Source of the DNA: Microcystis aeruginosa NIES-843
GTDB lineage: Bacteria; Cyanobacteriota; Cyanobacteriia; Cyanobacteriales; Microcystaceae
Length of the DNA: 32,000 nucleotides
NCBI RefSeq assembly: GCF_000010625.1
Contig: NC_010296.1
Location: 5,100,001 to 5,132,000 of the forward strand
Reading direction: 5' to 3'
This document shows, piece by piece, positions 1-8,829 of this stretch. Both the position numbers and the translations under genes were made by a program. Numbering within the stretch: the first letter of the stretch is position 1; each line of letters starts with the position of its first letter. The notes under the pieces were generated by a model. That model saw only the letters and a list, made by a program, of their open reading frames with translations, was not told the origin of the DNA and searched no databases.

Positions 1-82
1 CGTTGATCCCATGTTCATCCTGAGTGGCGATAAACTTTAATTGGGGATAACCTTCCATAAAGTTTTCTTAATCTATATAATT

Positions 83-1000
83 ATGACAATGCCGCCTAAC
101 TTCTCTGGATTAACCATGCCTTGGCCACGCATTGTCAGCGCTATTTTTGCTATTGCCTTCGCACTGGGAATTATTATCGTTGGGGGTTGGTATTTCACCC
201 TCGGCATCGGTGTTATCGTCTTTTTGGGACAATTGGAGTATTTTCGCTTAGTTCGCGCTAAAGGCATTGAACCGGCCGCTAAAACCACTCTCGTAGTTTC
301 GCAATTATTACTACTGACGGCAACTATGGCAGCCCCCCTCACCGATGCCATGTTTCCCCTCGCTGGGGCGTTAATTTGTTTTTATCTGCTCTTTCAGCCC
401 AAAATGGCGACAATTGCCGACATTTCCACCTCAATTCTCGGTCTGTTTTATGGTGGTTACTTACCTAGTTATTGGATTCGTTTACGGGTCGGTTTTTCTC
501 CTGAAAGTGGTCCCGTGGCTATGGCCAGTAACTTACCCCTGATGGGATATTGGCCAGAATCGTGGATGGAACCGAAATTATTCCCGGCCGCTTTGACGGT
601 GACTTTTCTAGCTTTCGGTTGCATTTGGGCCGCCGATATCGGAGCTTATATCATGGGAAAATGGTTAGGTAAAACCATCTTATCGCTGATTAGTCCCAAA
701 AAAACCGTGGAAGGTTCCTTTTTTGGCATTTTAGGCAGTATAGCGGTGGCCGAGGTGGGTGCTTGGTATTTAGATTGGCCCTATTGGCAGCTGACGGGCT
801 TAATTTTGGGCTTATTAATTGGTATTGTCAGTTTATTGGGCGATTTGACCGAATCGATGATGAAACGCGATGCCGGGGTCAAGGATTCCGGGCAGTTAAT
901 CCCCGGTCACGGTGGTATACTTGATCGCACTGATAGTTATGTCTTCACCGCTCCCCTAGTATATTATTTCGTCACTTTACTGCTGCCCTGGTTGCGTTAG
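83..1000 (+). CDS. cdsA: Phosphatidate cytidylyltransferase (CDP-diglyceride synthase)
   Basis: ORF 41..1000 is a polytopic membrane protein ending in the CdsA signature (ESMMKRDAGVKDSGQLIPGHGGILDRTDS = S-x2-KR-x4-KD-x5-PGHGG-x2-DR-x-D). The start is ambiguous: TTG 41, ATG 83 or ATG 116. Confidence 0.9.
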   Translation: MTMPPNFSGLTMPWPRIVSAIFAIAFALGIIIVGGWYFTLGIGVIVFLGQLEYFRLVRAKGIEPAAKTTLVVSQLLLLTATMAAPLTDAMFPLAGALICFYLLFQPKMATIADISTSILGLFYGGYLPSYWIRLRVGFSPESGPVAMASNLPLMGYWPESWMEPKLFPAALTVTFLAFGCIWAADIGAYIMGKWLGKTILSLISPKKTVEGSFFGILGSIAVAEVGAWYLDWPYWQLTGLILGLLIGIVSLLGDLTESMMKRDAGVKDSGQLIPGHGGILDRTDSYVFTAPLVYYFVTLLLPWLR

Positions 1001-1054
1001 TAATTTGTTTCTTCTCCAAGTGCTAAATTAAAGATTAAACCCAAATTTGCGATT

Positions 1055-2572
1055 ATGTCAGGAGTCGTCTATCCCCGGGGTAAAGTTTATCTTCTCGGTG
1101 CGGGAATCGGTCAGAGCAGTTTTCTCACCCTGCAAGCGCGAGCAATTTTAGCCACGGCCGAGGTTTTGCTGTATGATGCCCTAGTGGATAGTCAAATCTT
1201 CTCCCTCGTGCCGAAAACCTGTGTTTTAGTCGATGTGGGCAAACGGGGAGGACAACCCGGCGCCGAGCAAAATCAGATTAATCGGATATTGGTTAATTAT
1301 TGTCAAGAGGGAAAACGAGTTATTCGGCTTAAAAGTGGTGATCCGGGGGTTTTTGGGCGAGTATATCCTGAAATGTTAGCCTTAAAGCGGGCTGGCTGTG
1401 ATTTTGAACTGATAACTGGAATTTCCTCCGCTTTGGCCGCTCCTTTATTGGCCGGAATTCCCCTGACCGAAAAGGATATTAGTCGCTGTTTTGCGGTCTT
1501 GAGCGCTCACGATCCCGAGTCTCTCGATTGGTCAGCCTTAGCTAAAATTGATACACTGGTACTATTGATGGCTGGTCAGTCTTTAGGGCAAATTATCGAG
1601 AAATTATGCCAAAATGGGCGTAATATTCACGACTCGATCGCTATTATCCGCCAGGCGGGACGCAAGGATCAACAAATTTGGCGCGGCACTTTAGAAAATA
1701 TTCTCGCTCAAACCGCCGGGGTGTCCCTCTCACCCTCTATTATGGTCATTGGTCAAGTTGTGGATCTGGCGATTATGTCCTCTCCCCCACCCCTAGGAGG
1801 TAAAACTATTGTTATTACCCGTGCCGCCGAGCAAACGAGTCAATTTAGCGAAATTTTGCAAAATCAAGGCGCAGAAGTTCTGGAAATGCCCGCTTTAGAG
1901 ATTCGTCCCCCCGACCGTTGGCAAGGTTTAGACGATGCCATCGCTCAGTTACAAGAGTTTGATTGGCTGATTTTAACTTCTGCCAATGCTGTTAATTTTT
2001 TCTTTGATCGCTTGACATTTTGGGGAAAAGATGCTAGGGCTTTAGCGACCGTAAAAATCGCCGTGGTGGGCAAAAAAACCAGCCAAGTTTTGCACTCACG
2101 AGGATTAAAGGCGGATTTTATCCCGGGGGATTTTGTCGCTGATGCTTTGGTAAACGAGTTTCCCGACCCGATTAGGGGGCAAAAATTCCTCTTTCCTCGC
2201 GTGGAAACGGGAGGGAGAGAAGTCTTGGTTAAGGAATTAACGGCCAAAGCCGGTCAGGTGACGGAAGTGGCCGCATATTATTCCGGATGTCCCGCGCGCA
2301 TGGATAGTCAGATCTGGGAAGCGTTTCGAGATGAAAAAGTCGATATAGTCACCTTTGCTAGTTCCAAAACCGTCCAGAATTTTTATCAGTTATTGCTGCA
2401 AGAAACGGCAGAATTATCGGTTAATTCCCTATTAGAAAAAGTTTGTCTGGCTTCTATCGGTCCGCAAACTTCAAAAACCTGTCAAGAGTTATTTGGTCGT
2501 GTTGATATCGAGGCGCGAGAATACACCCTAGAAGGGTTGACTAGCGCTCTAATCGAGTCGAGTAAGACCTGA
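1055..2572 (+). CDS. cobA: Bifunctional uroporphyrinogen-III C-methyltransferase / uroporphyrinogen-III synthase (CobA-HemD fusion)
   Basis: 505 aa. The N-terminal ~240 aa look like a SUMT/tetrapyrrole methylase (KVYLLGAGIG...LLYDALV...VIRLKSGDPGVFGR...ITGISSALAAP). The C-terminal ~250 aa look like HemD (GKTIVITRA...FDWLILTSANAV...VVGKKT...ASIGPQTS). The usual GAGPGD motif reads GAGIGQ here. Confidence 0.85.
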   Translation: MSGVVYPRGKVYLLGAGIGQSSFLTLQARAILATAEVLLYDALVDSQIFSLVPKTCVLVDVGKRGGQPGAEQNQINRILVNYCQEGKRVIRLKSGDPGVFGRVYPEMLALKRAGCDFELITGISSALAAPLLAGIPLTEKDISRCFAVLSAHDPESLDWSALAKIDTLVLLMAGQSLGQIIEKLCQNGRNIHDSIAIIRQAGRKDQQIWRGTLENILAQTAGVSLSPSIMVIGQVVDLAIMSSPPPLGGKTIVITRAAEQTSQFSEILQNQGAEVLEMPALEIRPPDRWQGLDDAIAQLQEFDWLILTSANAVNFFFDRLTFWGKDARALATVKIAVVGKKTSQVLHSRGLKADFIPGDFVADALVNEFPDPIRGQKFLFPRVETGGREVLVKELTAKAGQVTEVAAYYSGCPARMDSQIWEAFRDEKVDIVTFASSKTVQNFYQLLLQETAELSVNSLLEKVCLASIGPQTSKTCQELFGRVDIEAREYTLEGLTSALIESSKT

Positions 2573-2650
2573 CATCCTCGCCGCCGTAAAAGAGACGGCG
2601 ATTCCCAAACCTGACGATAAACAAAGCCATAAAAATCTAGGAATCTCCCC

Positions 2651-3058
2651 ATGAGTAACCCTATTATCATTGAAACTGACTTAAAAGATATTCTCGCTAA
2701 ACTTGACAATCGGTTAGAGCGAATCGAAACAAAACTAGAAGTATTGCCGAAAATAGAGACCGAAGTTTCCCAACTCAAAGAAGATGTCAGAAACCTGAAG
2801 GGAATCGAAACAAAACTAGAAGTATTGCCGAAAATAGAGACCGAAGTTTCCCAACTCAAAGAGGATGTCAGAAACCTGAAGGGAATCGAAACAAAACTAG
2901 AAGTATTGCCGAAAATAGAGACCGAAGTTTCCCAAATCAAAGAAGATGTCAAAGACTTGAAAGAAAGGGCAACGGCTCAAATATGGGCTTTGATAGTCAC
3001 TGTTATCGGTGCAACTGTTGCAGCAATTATCAAATTCGGTTTTCTGACTAAAACTTAA
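2651..3058 (+). CDS. Tail-anchored coiled-coil protein with three 27-aa tandem repeats (XhlA-like architecture), function unknown
   Basis: 135 aa. The unit GIETKLEVLPKIETEVSQLKEDVRNLK occurs three times, followed by one C-terminal hydrophobic helix (IWALIVTVIGATVAAIIKFGFL). There is no signal peptide. A hairpin lies downstream. Confidence 0.7.
   Translation: MSNPIIIETDLKDILAKLDNRLERIETKLEVLPKIETEVSQLKEDVRNLKGIETKLEVLPKIETEVSQLKEDVRNLKGIETKLEVLPKIETEVSQIKEDVKDLKERATAQIWALIVTVIGATVAAIIKFGFLTKT
2720..2962 (+). repeat. 81-bp tandem repeat, 3 copies, in frame inside the CDS
   Basis: Units start at 2720, 2801 and 2882. Copies 1 and 2 differ at about 2 nt (for example gaagatgtc vs gaggatgtc). Copy 3 diverges in its last ~25 nt. 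Confidence 0.95.
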
Positions 3059-3076
3059 ATCATCATCAAAAACTAA

Positions 3077-3099
3077 GTTGGAACTAGACAAGTTCCAAC
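3077..3099 (-). terminator. Hairpin between convergent genes, probable rho-independent terminator of ccmK3-ccmK4
   Basis: GTTGGAACT-agaca-AGTTCCAAC is a perfect 9-bp stem. On the minus strand it is followed by ttagttttt. On the plus strand the downstream tract is A-rich, so termination in that direction looks weaker. Confidence 0.6.
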
Positions 3100-3125
3100 C
3101 GATCACAAAAAATTGACCTTGAATA

Positions 3126-3473
3126 TTAACGACGAATCGGAGCGATCACACCGTCGGCGGCGGCACGAAAAGGTTCCACTGCCTCGCTATAATCGATCGG
3201 TAAAATAGCCACCACGTTATCATGAGGACGGGGAATAATTACCCAGGTTTCTAAAGCTGCCCCCTCGGTTTTATTGACGGCTTCAATGCCGGCAGCCATA
3301 GCGGTTTTTACCTCCTGTACATCCCCACGAATATTGAGGGTAAAACGGGCGCTTCCTGCCCTTAAATAACCAACAATCGTGATCCGTCCTGCTTTTACCA
3401 TCGCATCGGCGGCCGCTAGAATACCGGGGAAACCTTTGGTCTCGATCGATCCCACCGCGGGTTGGGCTGTCAT
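3126..3473 (-). CDS. ccmK4: Carboxysome shell protein CcmK4 (BMC-H)
   Basis: 115 aa. AVGSIETKGFPGILAAADAMVKAGRITIVGYLRAGSARFTLNIRGDVQEVKTAM is a BMC domain with the RAGSARF segment typical of CcmK4. It lies directly downstream of ccmK3, as in the Synechocystis satellite locus. Confidence 0.9.
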   Translation of the reverse strand: MTAQPAVGSIETKGFPGILAAADAMVKAGRITIVGYLRAGSARFTLNIRGDVQEVKTAMAAGIEAVNKTEGAALETWVIIPRPHDNVVAILPIDYSEAVEPFRAAADGVIAPIRR

Positions 3474-3577
3474 AAATTAACTCCTAATAACAAAAATCAG
3501 ATAAGTTTAATTGATAGAATCCAATCTATTTTCCAGTCTTTAACTATAGTCTAGTTTGGGGCCAATCGCTAGGGAAA

Positions 3578-3886
3578 TTAACTGCGAAAACGGTCTGACT
3601 TAGCCGTATGCTGCACTGGTAAAACTGCCAGGACATTTTCTGGAGGATTCGGTACGATGTAATGACTGACCACATTACCACCAAAAGCGGTCATCGCCGC
3701 CGCTAATCCTGCCTCTACTGCCGGTTTAACCTCGGAAATCGGACCGCGAATCGCCACCAAAAATTCGCCCCTTTCCGCTAGATCGAAATAAACTAGGGTG
3801 ACTCGTCCCCCTTTAACCATGGCATCCGCCGCCGCTAAAACGGGGGGAAAACCCAGTGTTTGAATGACTCCGACCGCCTCGGGCAT
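3578..3886 (-). CDS. ccmK3: Carboxysome shell protein CcmK3 (BMC-H)
   Basis: 102 aa. AVGVIQTLGFPPVLAAADAMVKGGRVTLVYFDLAERGEFLVAIRGPISEV is a BMC domain with the DLAERG segment typical of CcmK3. Confidence 0.9.
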   Translation of the reverse strand: MPEAVGVIQTLGFPPVLAAADAMVKGGRVTLVYFDLAERGEFLVAIRGPISEVKPAVEAGLAAAMTAFGGNVVSHYIVPNPPENVLAVLPVQHTAKSDRFRS

Positions 3887-3937
3887 TTTTCCTGATCTCC
3901 TGCGAAAGCAATTTTACATTATACCCCGAACCTGTAT

Positions 3938-4432
3938 TTATATTTTCTTCTGGAAATCCCCGACCGATCGAGCCTGTTTTTTCTCCAAATACTGTTGATG
4001 GGACTGATCGGCCAGATAATAATCTCCTGCGGGTTCGATCAAAGTAACGATATCCTGCTGAAACTTTGCCGATAGTTGTAGTTGACGCTTGGAAGCAGTG
4101 GCGATTAACTTTTGTTCTGGGGTGTGATAAAAAATAATCGATCGATATTGTTCTCCCCGGTCCGGTCCTTGGCGATTTAACTGAGTCGGATCATGAATTG
4201 ACCAAAAAACGGCTAATAACGCCTCGTAGCTTATTTCTTGGGGATTATGGGCAATTTGTGCCACTTCCGCATGACCGGTAATTCGCGATAACACATCGAG
4301 ATAACTAGGATTGGGGAAATTTCCCCCCATATAACCCACAGAAGTCGCTAAAACACCAGGTAAACGCCGAAATGCGTCCTCAGTTTTCCAAAAACAGCCG
4401 GCACCAAAGGTAGCTTTTTCGCCGCTATTCAT
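3938..4432 (-). CDS. msrA: Peptide-methionine (S)-S-oxide reductase
   Basis: 164 aa with the catalytic GAGCFW motif and GHAEVAQI...[18 protein letters not shown]. The start overlaps the panB stop by 8 nt. Confidence 0.9.
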   Translation of the reverse strand: MNSGEKATFGAGCFWKTEDAFRRLPGVLATSVGYMGGNFPNPSYLDVLSRITGHAEVAQIAHNPQEISYEALLAVFWSIHDPTQLNRQGPDRGEQYRSIIFYHTPEQKLIATASKRQLQLSAKFQQDIVTLIEPAGDYYLADQSHQQYLEKKQARSVGDFQKKI

Positions 4433-5192
4433 TTCCCCTCACATCCTTGGCAAATTCCACCACTGCTTTTGTAATTGTCTCGCTTAAATTAGCATAAACT
4501 TTGGCAAAAGGGGGAGCTTTTTCGGTTAATCCTAGGATATCCGCCGTTACTAACACCTGACCATCACAATCTTCCCCCGCACCGATACCAATCGTCGGGA
4601 TAGTCAATTTATCGGTAATAGTAGCGGCTAAATTGGCGGGAATATGTTCCAAAACGAGGGCAAATACTCCCGCTTTCTCCAAGGCTAAAGCTTCCTCGAT
4701 TAATCTTTGTGCATCCGATGGGGTTTTTCCCTGCTGACGGTATCCTAAGCGATGCACCGACTGGGGAGTTAATCCGATATGACCCATAACAGGGATGCCT
4801 ATCTCGGTTAAACGGCTAATCGTCTCGATCATAGCGGGATAACCTCCCTCTAATTTTACCCCTTGCACTCCCGCTTCCTTTAACATCCTTCCCGCCGAGT
4901 TAATTGCCTGACTGACACTTTCCTGATAGCTGAGAAAAGGCAAATCACAGACAACTAAAGCTTGTTTTACCCCGCGAGACACGGCCGCCGCGTGGTGAAT
5001 CATCGCCTCTAGGGTGATCGGTAAAGTGGTAGGATAGCCCAAAGCGGTCATAGCCAAGGAATCACCTACCAAGATAATATCAATTCCTGCCCGATCGAGC
5101 AGTCGCGCGATCGGATAATCCCAAGCTGTGAGGGTGACAATCGCGCGTTTTTGCTGTTTCCACTCGATTAATTTGCTGGTGGTGACTGCCAT
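4425..5192 (-). CDS. panB: 3-methyl-2-oxobutanoate hydroxymethyltransferase
   Basis: 255 aa. [33 protein letters not shown]...GHIGLTPQS...KLEGG are typical PanB motifs. Confidence 0.9.
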   Translation of the reverse strand: MAVTTSKLIEWKQQKRAIVTLTAWDYPIARLLDRAGIDIILVGDSLAMTALGYPTTLPITLEAMIHHAAAVSRGVKQALVVCDLPFLSYQESVSQAINSAGRMLKEAGVQGVKLEGGYPAMIETISRLTEIGIPVMGHIGLTPQSVHRLGYRQQGKTPSDAQRLIEEALALEKAGVFALVLEHIPANLAATITDKLTIPTIGIGAGEDCDGQVLVTADILGLTEKAPPFAKVYANLSETITKAVVEFAKDVRGNE

Positions 5193-5195
5193 TAT

Positions 5196-5888
5196 TTATT
5201 CACTGCGGACAGCTTCGAGGATACGGGAAAAATAGAAACGAGTGCTAGTCATACTCGTCCGTTCAATTTTAAAGCCATTTTCGTTGAGAGCGGCGACAAT
5301 AGTTTTTTCCTTGTGTTGATAGGCGCGAGTGGTTTTACTCGGACCGGGGAAAAATTGACCAATTTTCTTGAGAATGGTTAATAAACAGGTTTTAGGGGCA
5401 AAACTGAGGATTAAACGGGATTGAGCTAGGGATCCCAGGTGTTTAATCATTCCTAATGCCTCTTCTGTGGGATAGTGAATGAGAACATCAAGACAGATGA
5501 CCGTGTGATATTGGCCGGTTAATGCTTCTAAATCTTGAACGGCAAAGGTGAGTTTACTGGTATCTGCTAACTCTTTGGCTGCTCTTTCCTTGGCTTCTGT
5601 CACCATTTTCTCAGAAATATCACTGGCGAAAATAGTTGCGCCCGCTTGAGCGAGGGGAATACTAAGACTACCGACTCCACAACCGGCATCACAGATCGAG
5701 AGATTGGGCAAATTGTCATCACTTTCTAACCAACCGATAACGGTATCGATCGTCTGTTGATGACCGATGCGAATATCTTTTTGTACTTTGTTAACTTCGC
5801 CATCCCCATAAATCCGGCGCCAGCGATCGAATCCTGTGGCGTTAAAATAGTCCTTGACTATGGCTTTATCGTCTAATGTGTTGGTCAT
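5196..5888 (-). CDS. chlM: Magnesium-protoporphyrin IX O-methyltransferase
   Basis: 230 aa. It reads as near-colinear with my recollection of Synechocystis ChlM (DYFNATGFDRWRRIYGDGEVNKVQKDIRIGHQQT...DAGCGVGSLSIPLAQAGA...TSTRFYFSRILEAVRS). Confidence 0.95.
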   Translation of the reverse strand: MTNTLDDKAIVKDYFNATGFDRWRRIYGDGEVNKVQKDIRIGHQQTIDTVIGWLESDDNLPNLSICDAGCGVGSLSIPLAQAGATIFASDISEKMVTEAKERAAKELADTSKLTFAVQDLEALTGQYHTVICLDVLIHYPTEEALGMIKHLGSLAQSRLILSFAPKTCLLTILKKIGQFFPGPSKTTRAYQHKEKTIVAALNENGFKIERTSMTSTRFYFSRILEAVRSE

Positions 5889-6099
5889 AACGAAATCTAA
5901 ACGAGCGGAGATGGTTATTAGTTTATCCTACCGTGAAAGCTCTCAACGGTTGCTGCTGATAGCTGACTCCTGACTGCTCAGGAGCGGACCGGGAGCGATT
6001 GCAAGTCTGTGGAAAAGCTTAATTTGTTTTCCACTTCACTTTTAGTTAACCTAAAGTGAATATCATGTAATCGTCCCAAGATCGATTAGTAAGGGTTCC

Positions 6100-7521
6100 A
6101 TGTCAATTATTACCCATAGAACTAAGATCGTAGCCACGATCGGCCCTGCCAGTAATTCGCCAGAAGTCCTCAAGCAGATGATCGGTGCGGGGATGAATGT
6201 AGCGCGGCTAAACTTTTCCCACGGTAGCTACGAAGATCATGCGAGAGTTGTTACCCTTTTACGGCAAATTTCTCAAGAATTAGACAATCCTATCACTCTC
6301 CTGCAAGATTTACAAGGGCCGAAAATTCGCGTCGGTAATCTCCCCAATGGTTCCATTACCATCAACGACGGCGATTATCTCACCCTTGTACCCATGGATG
6401 AGTATCGGGGAGAAGCGAACACCGTTTCGATCGATTATCCCTATCTGGCCGAGGAAGCCAAGTTAGGTGAGCAAATTCTCCTTGATGATGGCTTATTAGA
6501 GCTAAAAATCGTTGAAATTAACGGAAAAGACCTAAAATGTCAAGTGTTGGAGGGAGGAATTCTCAAAAGTCGCAAGGGAGTCAATCTACCCCGTCTCAAT
6601 TTGCGCTTACCTTCCATGACCGAAAAAGACAAACAAGACCTAGAATTTGGTCTTTCTCAGGGGGTTGATTGGGTTTCCCTCAGTTTTGTTCGTAAAGGAG
6701 AAGATATCAAGGCGATTAAGGCATTTTTAGCCGAGAGAAATCATGCAGATATGCCAGTGATGGCTAAAATTGAAAAACCGCAAGCGATCGAAAATTTGGA
6801 GTCAATTATCGAGGAATGTGACGGAATTATGGTGGCCCGGGGCGATTTGGGGGTAGAATTAAGTCCCGAAAAAGTCCCCATGTTGCAAAAACGCATTATC
6901 AAACTCTGCAACATGAAAACTATTCCCGTCATCACTGCCACCCAGATGTTAGAAAGCATGATTAACAATCCCCGACCGACTCGGGCCGAGGCTAGTGATG
7001 TGGCTAATGCGATTATCGATGGAACCGATGCGGTGATGTTATCGGGGGAATCAGCAGTGGGAGATTTTCCCGTCAAAGCTGTGGCTATGTTGGCCAAAAT
7101 CGCCCATGATGTGGAAGCGGATGTGAAGTTTGATAATGCTCCCCCCAATCAGTCCGATGAAACTCACGCTCTCAGTGAGGCTTTAGTGGCGATCGATCAA
7201 ACCCTTGATCTCCGTTATATTGTCACTTTTACCACCTCTGGCTACACTTCGCTACTGGCTTCTAAGGAACGTCCCTCGGTTCCCGTCATTGCCATGACTC
7301 CCAATAAACGAGTCTATCACCGTCTCAATCTAGTCTGGGGTGTGATCCCGATTCTTCTTGATCATCAGGTGTCCGTCTTTGAGGATGTGTTAAAGCAAAC
7401 GGAATCAATTCTGCTTCAGAAAAATCTAGCGCAATCGGGCGATAAAATCCTGATTATGGCGGGAATTCCCATGCAGAAAACTAAAGGCACTAATTTCCTC
7501 AAAATTCACAGGATTCCCTAA
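6100..7521 (+). CDS. pyk: Pyruvate kinase
   Basis: 473 aa. [11 protein letters not shown]...[10 protein letters not shown]...GPKIR...[10 protein letters not shown]...TQMLESM...[10 protein letters not shown]. Confidence 0.95.
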   Translation: MSIITHRTKIVATIGPASNSPEVLKQMIGAGMNVARLNFSHGSYEDHARVVTLLRQISQELDNPITLLQDLQGPKIRVGNLPNGSITINDGDYLTLVPMDEYRGEANTVSIDYPYLAEEAKLGEQILLDDGLLELKIVEINGKDLKCQVLEGGILKSRKGVNLPRLNLRLPSMTEKDKQDLEFGLSQGVDWVSLSFVRKGEDIKAIKAFLAERNHADMPVMAKIEKPQAIENLESIIEECDGIMVARGDLGVELSPEKVPMLQKRIIKLCNMKTIPVITATQMLESMINNPRPTRAEASDVANAIIDGTDAVMLSGESAVGDFPVKAVAMLAKIAHDVEADVKFDNAPPNQSDETHALSEALVAIDQTLDLRYIVTFTTSGYTSLLASKERPSVPVIAMTPNKRVYHRLNLVWGVIPILLDHQVSVFEDVLKQTESILLQKNLAQSGDKILIMAGIPMQKTKGTNFLKIHRIP

Positions 7522-7570
7522 GTTCTAGGATTCAGGGGTCAGTATTCAGGAGATAGTATTCAGCTTTTTT

Positions 7571-7667
7571 CTCCCCACACCCCCACTTCCCCACTCCCCC
7601 ATCTCCCCACCTCCCCATTCCCCACTTCCCCACTTCCCCAAGAAAAACTTTTTGCCGCAAACCCTAG
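7571..7667 (-). repeat. G-run micro-repeat array (minus strand) fused to a conserved 32-bp core
   Basis: On the plus strand, 7571-7640 reads ctccccacacccccacttccccactcccccatctccccacctccccattccccacttccccacttcccc. The core ccccaagaaaaactttttgccgcaaaccctag follows at 7636-7667. A second, inverted copy of the core lies at 21502-21533. Confidence 0.9.
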
Positions 7668-7735
7668 ATACAGATTTCGGGCGGTGGATTGGTTGTGATA
7701 GAAATATAAATATCGATCGCTTGCTATCAATCTTG

Positions 7736-8533
7736 ATGAAAAGACGATATTTTCTGGCTTTTATCGGCTCAATTGTCCTTAGTTGCTTATTATCTCCAGA
7801 CATAAACCTTTTTTCCTCTACTATCGCCACTGCACAAACCCAGACAATTCTAGTTTCTGCCGCCGCTAGTCTCAAAGATGCCCTAGAAGAAATCAAGCCG
7901 GGGTTTGAAAAAGCCCATGGCAACATTAAAGTTAACTATAACTTCGGTGCGTCGGGAGCTTTGCAACAGCAAATTACACAAGGTGCGCCGGCCGATGTTT
8001 TCGTCTCGGCCGCGACTAAGCAAATGGACGCTTTAGCAAAAGCTGGTTTGATCGATAGAAGTACCAGAAGAAACCTGCTCACTAATCGCCTAGTTTTAAT
8101 CGTTCCCAAGAATTCCACCCTAAAAATTAGCGATTTTCGTTCCCTGACTAACAGTAATGTCCAAAGAATTGCCGTGGGTGAACCGCGCAGCGTTCCCGTC
8201 GGTCAGTACAGCGAAGAAGTTCTGAAAAATCTCGGCATTTTAGAGCAAATAAAACCAAAACTGGTCTTGGCCAACTCTGTCCGTAATGTTCTCGCCGCCG
8301 TAGAAACTGGTAACGCCGATGCTGGCATTGTTTACATCACCGATGCCAAAATTTCCGACCAAGTAAAAGTAGTGGCTACGGCTGCCAATAATCTCCATTC
8401 TCCGATTATTTACCCCATAGCTGTGATCAAAGCCAGTAAAAACCCGCAAGCTGCCAAGACTTTCGCCCAATATCTCACCGGCACAGCCGCTAAAAACATT
8501 TTTGAAAAATTCGGCTTCGGAATAGCCAGATAA
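7736..8533 (+). CDS. modA: Molybdate ABC transporter substrate-binding protein
   Basis: The ORF 7652..8533 most plausibly starts at ATG 7736 (MKRRYFLAFIGSIVLSC..., a signal-peptide-like N-terminus). ILVSAAASLKDALEEI...YNFGASGALQQQI..GAPADVFVSA...GIVYITDA is typical ModA. The modB start follows downstream. Confidence 0.9.
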   Translation: MKRRYFLAFIGSIVLSCLLSPDINLFSSTIATAQTQTILVSAAASLKDALEEIKPGFEKAHGNIKVNYNFGASGALQQQITQGAPADVFVSAATKQMDALAKAGLIDRSTRRNLLTNRLVLIVPKNSTLKISDFRSLTNSNVQRIAVGEPRSVPVGQYSEEVLKNLGILEQIKPKLVLANSVRNVLAAVETGNADAGIVYITDAKISDQVKVVATAANNLHSPIIYPIAVIKASKNPQAAKTFAQYLTGTAAKNIFEKFGFGIAR

Positions 8534-8537
8534 TTTA

Positions 8538-8621
8538 GGGGAAGTGGAGAAGTGGAGAAGTGGAGAAGTGGGGAAGTGGAGAAGTGGAGAAGTGGAGAAG
8601 TGGGGAAGTGGGGTAGTGGGG
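8538..8621 (+). repeat. Octamer tandem array GGRGAAGT, about 10.5 units
   Basis: ggggaagt ggagaagt ggagaagt ggagaagt ggggaagt and so on, starting directly after the modA stop. Confidence 0.95.
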
Positions 8622-8635
8622 AATTTCAACTAAAA

Positions 8636-8726
8636 CCCCAACACCCCAACACTCCAACACCCCAACACTCCAACACCCCAACACTCCAACACCCCAAAAC
8701 CCCAAAACCCAACCCCTGACCCCTGA
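8636..8726 (+). repeat. Octamer tandem array CYCCAACA, degenerating into CCCCAAAA / CCCCTGA
   Basis: ccccaaca ccccaaca ctccaaca ccccaaca ctccaaca and so on, ending 3 nt before the modB ATG. Confidence 0.95.
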
Positions 8727-8729
8727 AAA

Positions 8730-8829
8730 ATGCCAGACTTTTCCCCCCTATGGATATCTCTGAAAACCGCCACCATTGCCCTGATAATCATCTTTTTTCT
8801 CGGTATTGCCGCCGCTTATTGGATGTTAG
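8730..8829 (+). pseudogene. modB: 5' fragment of fused molybdate ABC permease/ATPase modBC (codons 1-33)
   Basis: Encodes MPDFSPLWISLKTATIALIIIFFLGIAAAYWML, then is cut by the IS at 8830. The frame continues exactly at 13421 once the insertion and one TTAG copy are removed. Confidence 0.85.

Noticed and set aside
2-40. Possible 3' end of an upstream plus-strand gene (…VDPMFILSGDKL*)
   Set aside because: Only 13 codons are visible, so it cannot be identified or supported.
1945-2247. Antisense ORFs inside well-supported genes (1945..2247, 6741..7148, 17444..17842, 20497..20860, 22242..22531, 26510..26698, 28527..28709, 31298..31531, 73..351)
   Set aside because: Each lies wholly within a longer ORF that has strong family-level similarity on the other strand or frame. 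None shows a recognisable motif.
2482-2952. 156-aa minus-strand ORF antisense to the repeat protein, also carrying a tandem repeat
   Set aside because: It mirrors the 81-bp repeat and overlaps the 3' end of cobA/hemD. It has no plausible start context. The plus-strand ORF has a coherent coiled-coil plus TM-anchor architecture.
2720-2962. Possible CRISPR array (regularly spaced identical repeats)
   Set aside because: The 81-bp units are directly adjacent with no spacers, are in frame within a CDS, and no cas genes are present in the window.
7546-7926. 126-aa minus-strand ORF rich in G/W/E (…GEWGSGGVG…)
   Set aside because: It is a translation artefact of the G-run micro-repeat array and overlaps the modA start region.
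8240-8629. 129-aa minus-strand ORF with a PLLHFPTSPLLHFSTSP repeat
   Set aside because: It is a translation of the octamer array and is antisense to the well-supported modA.
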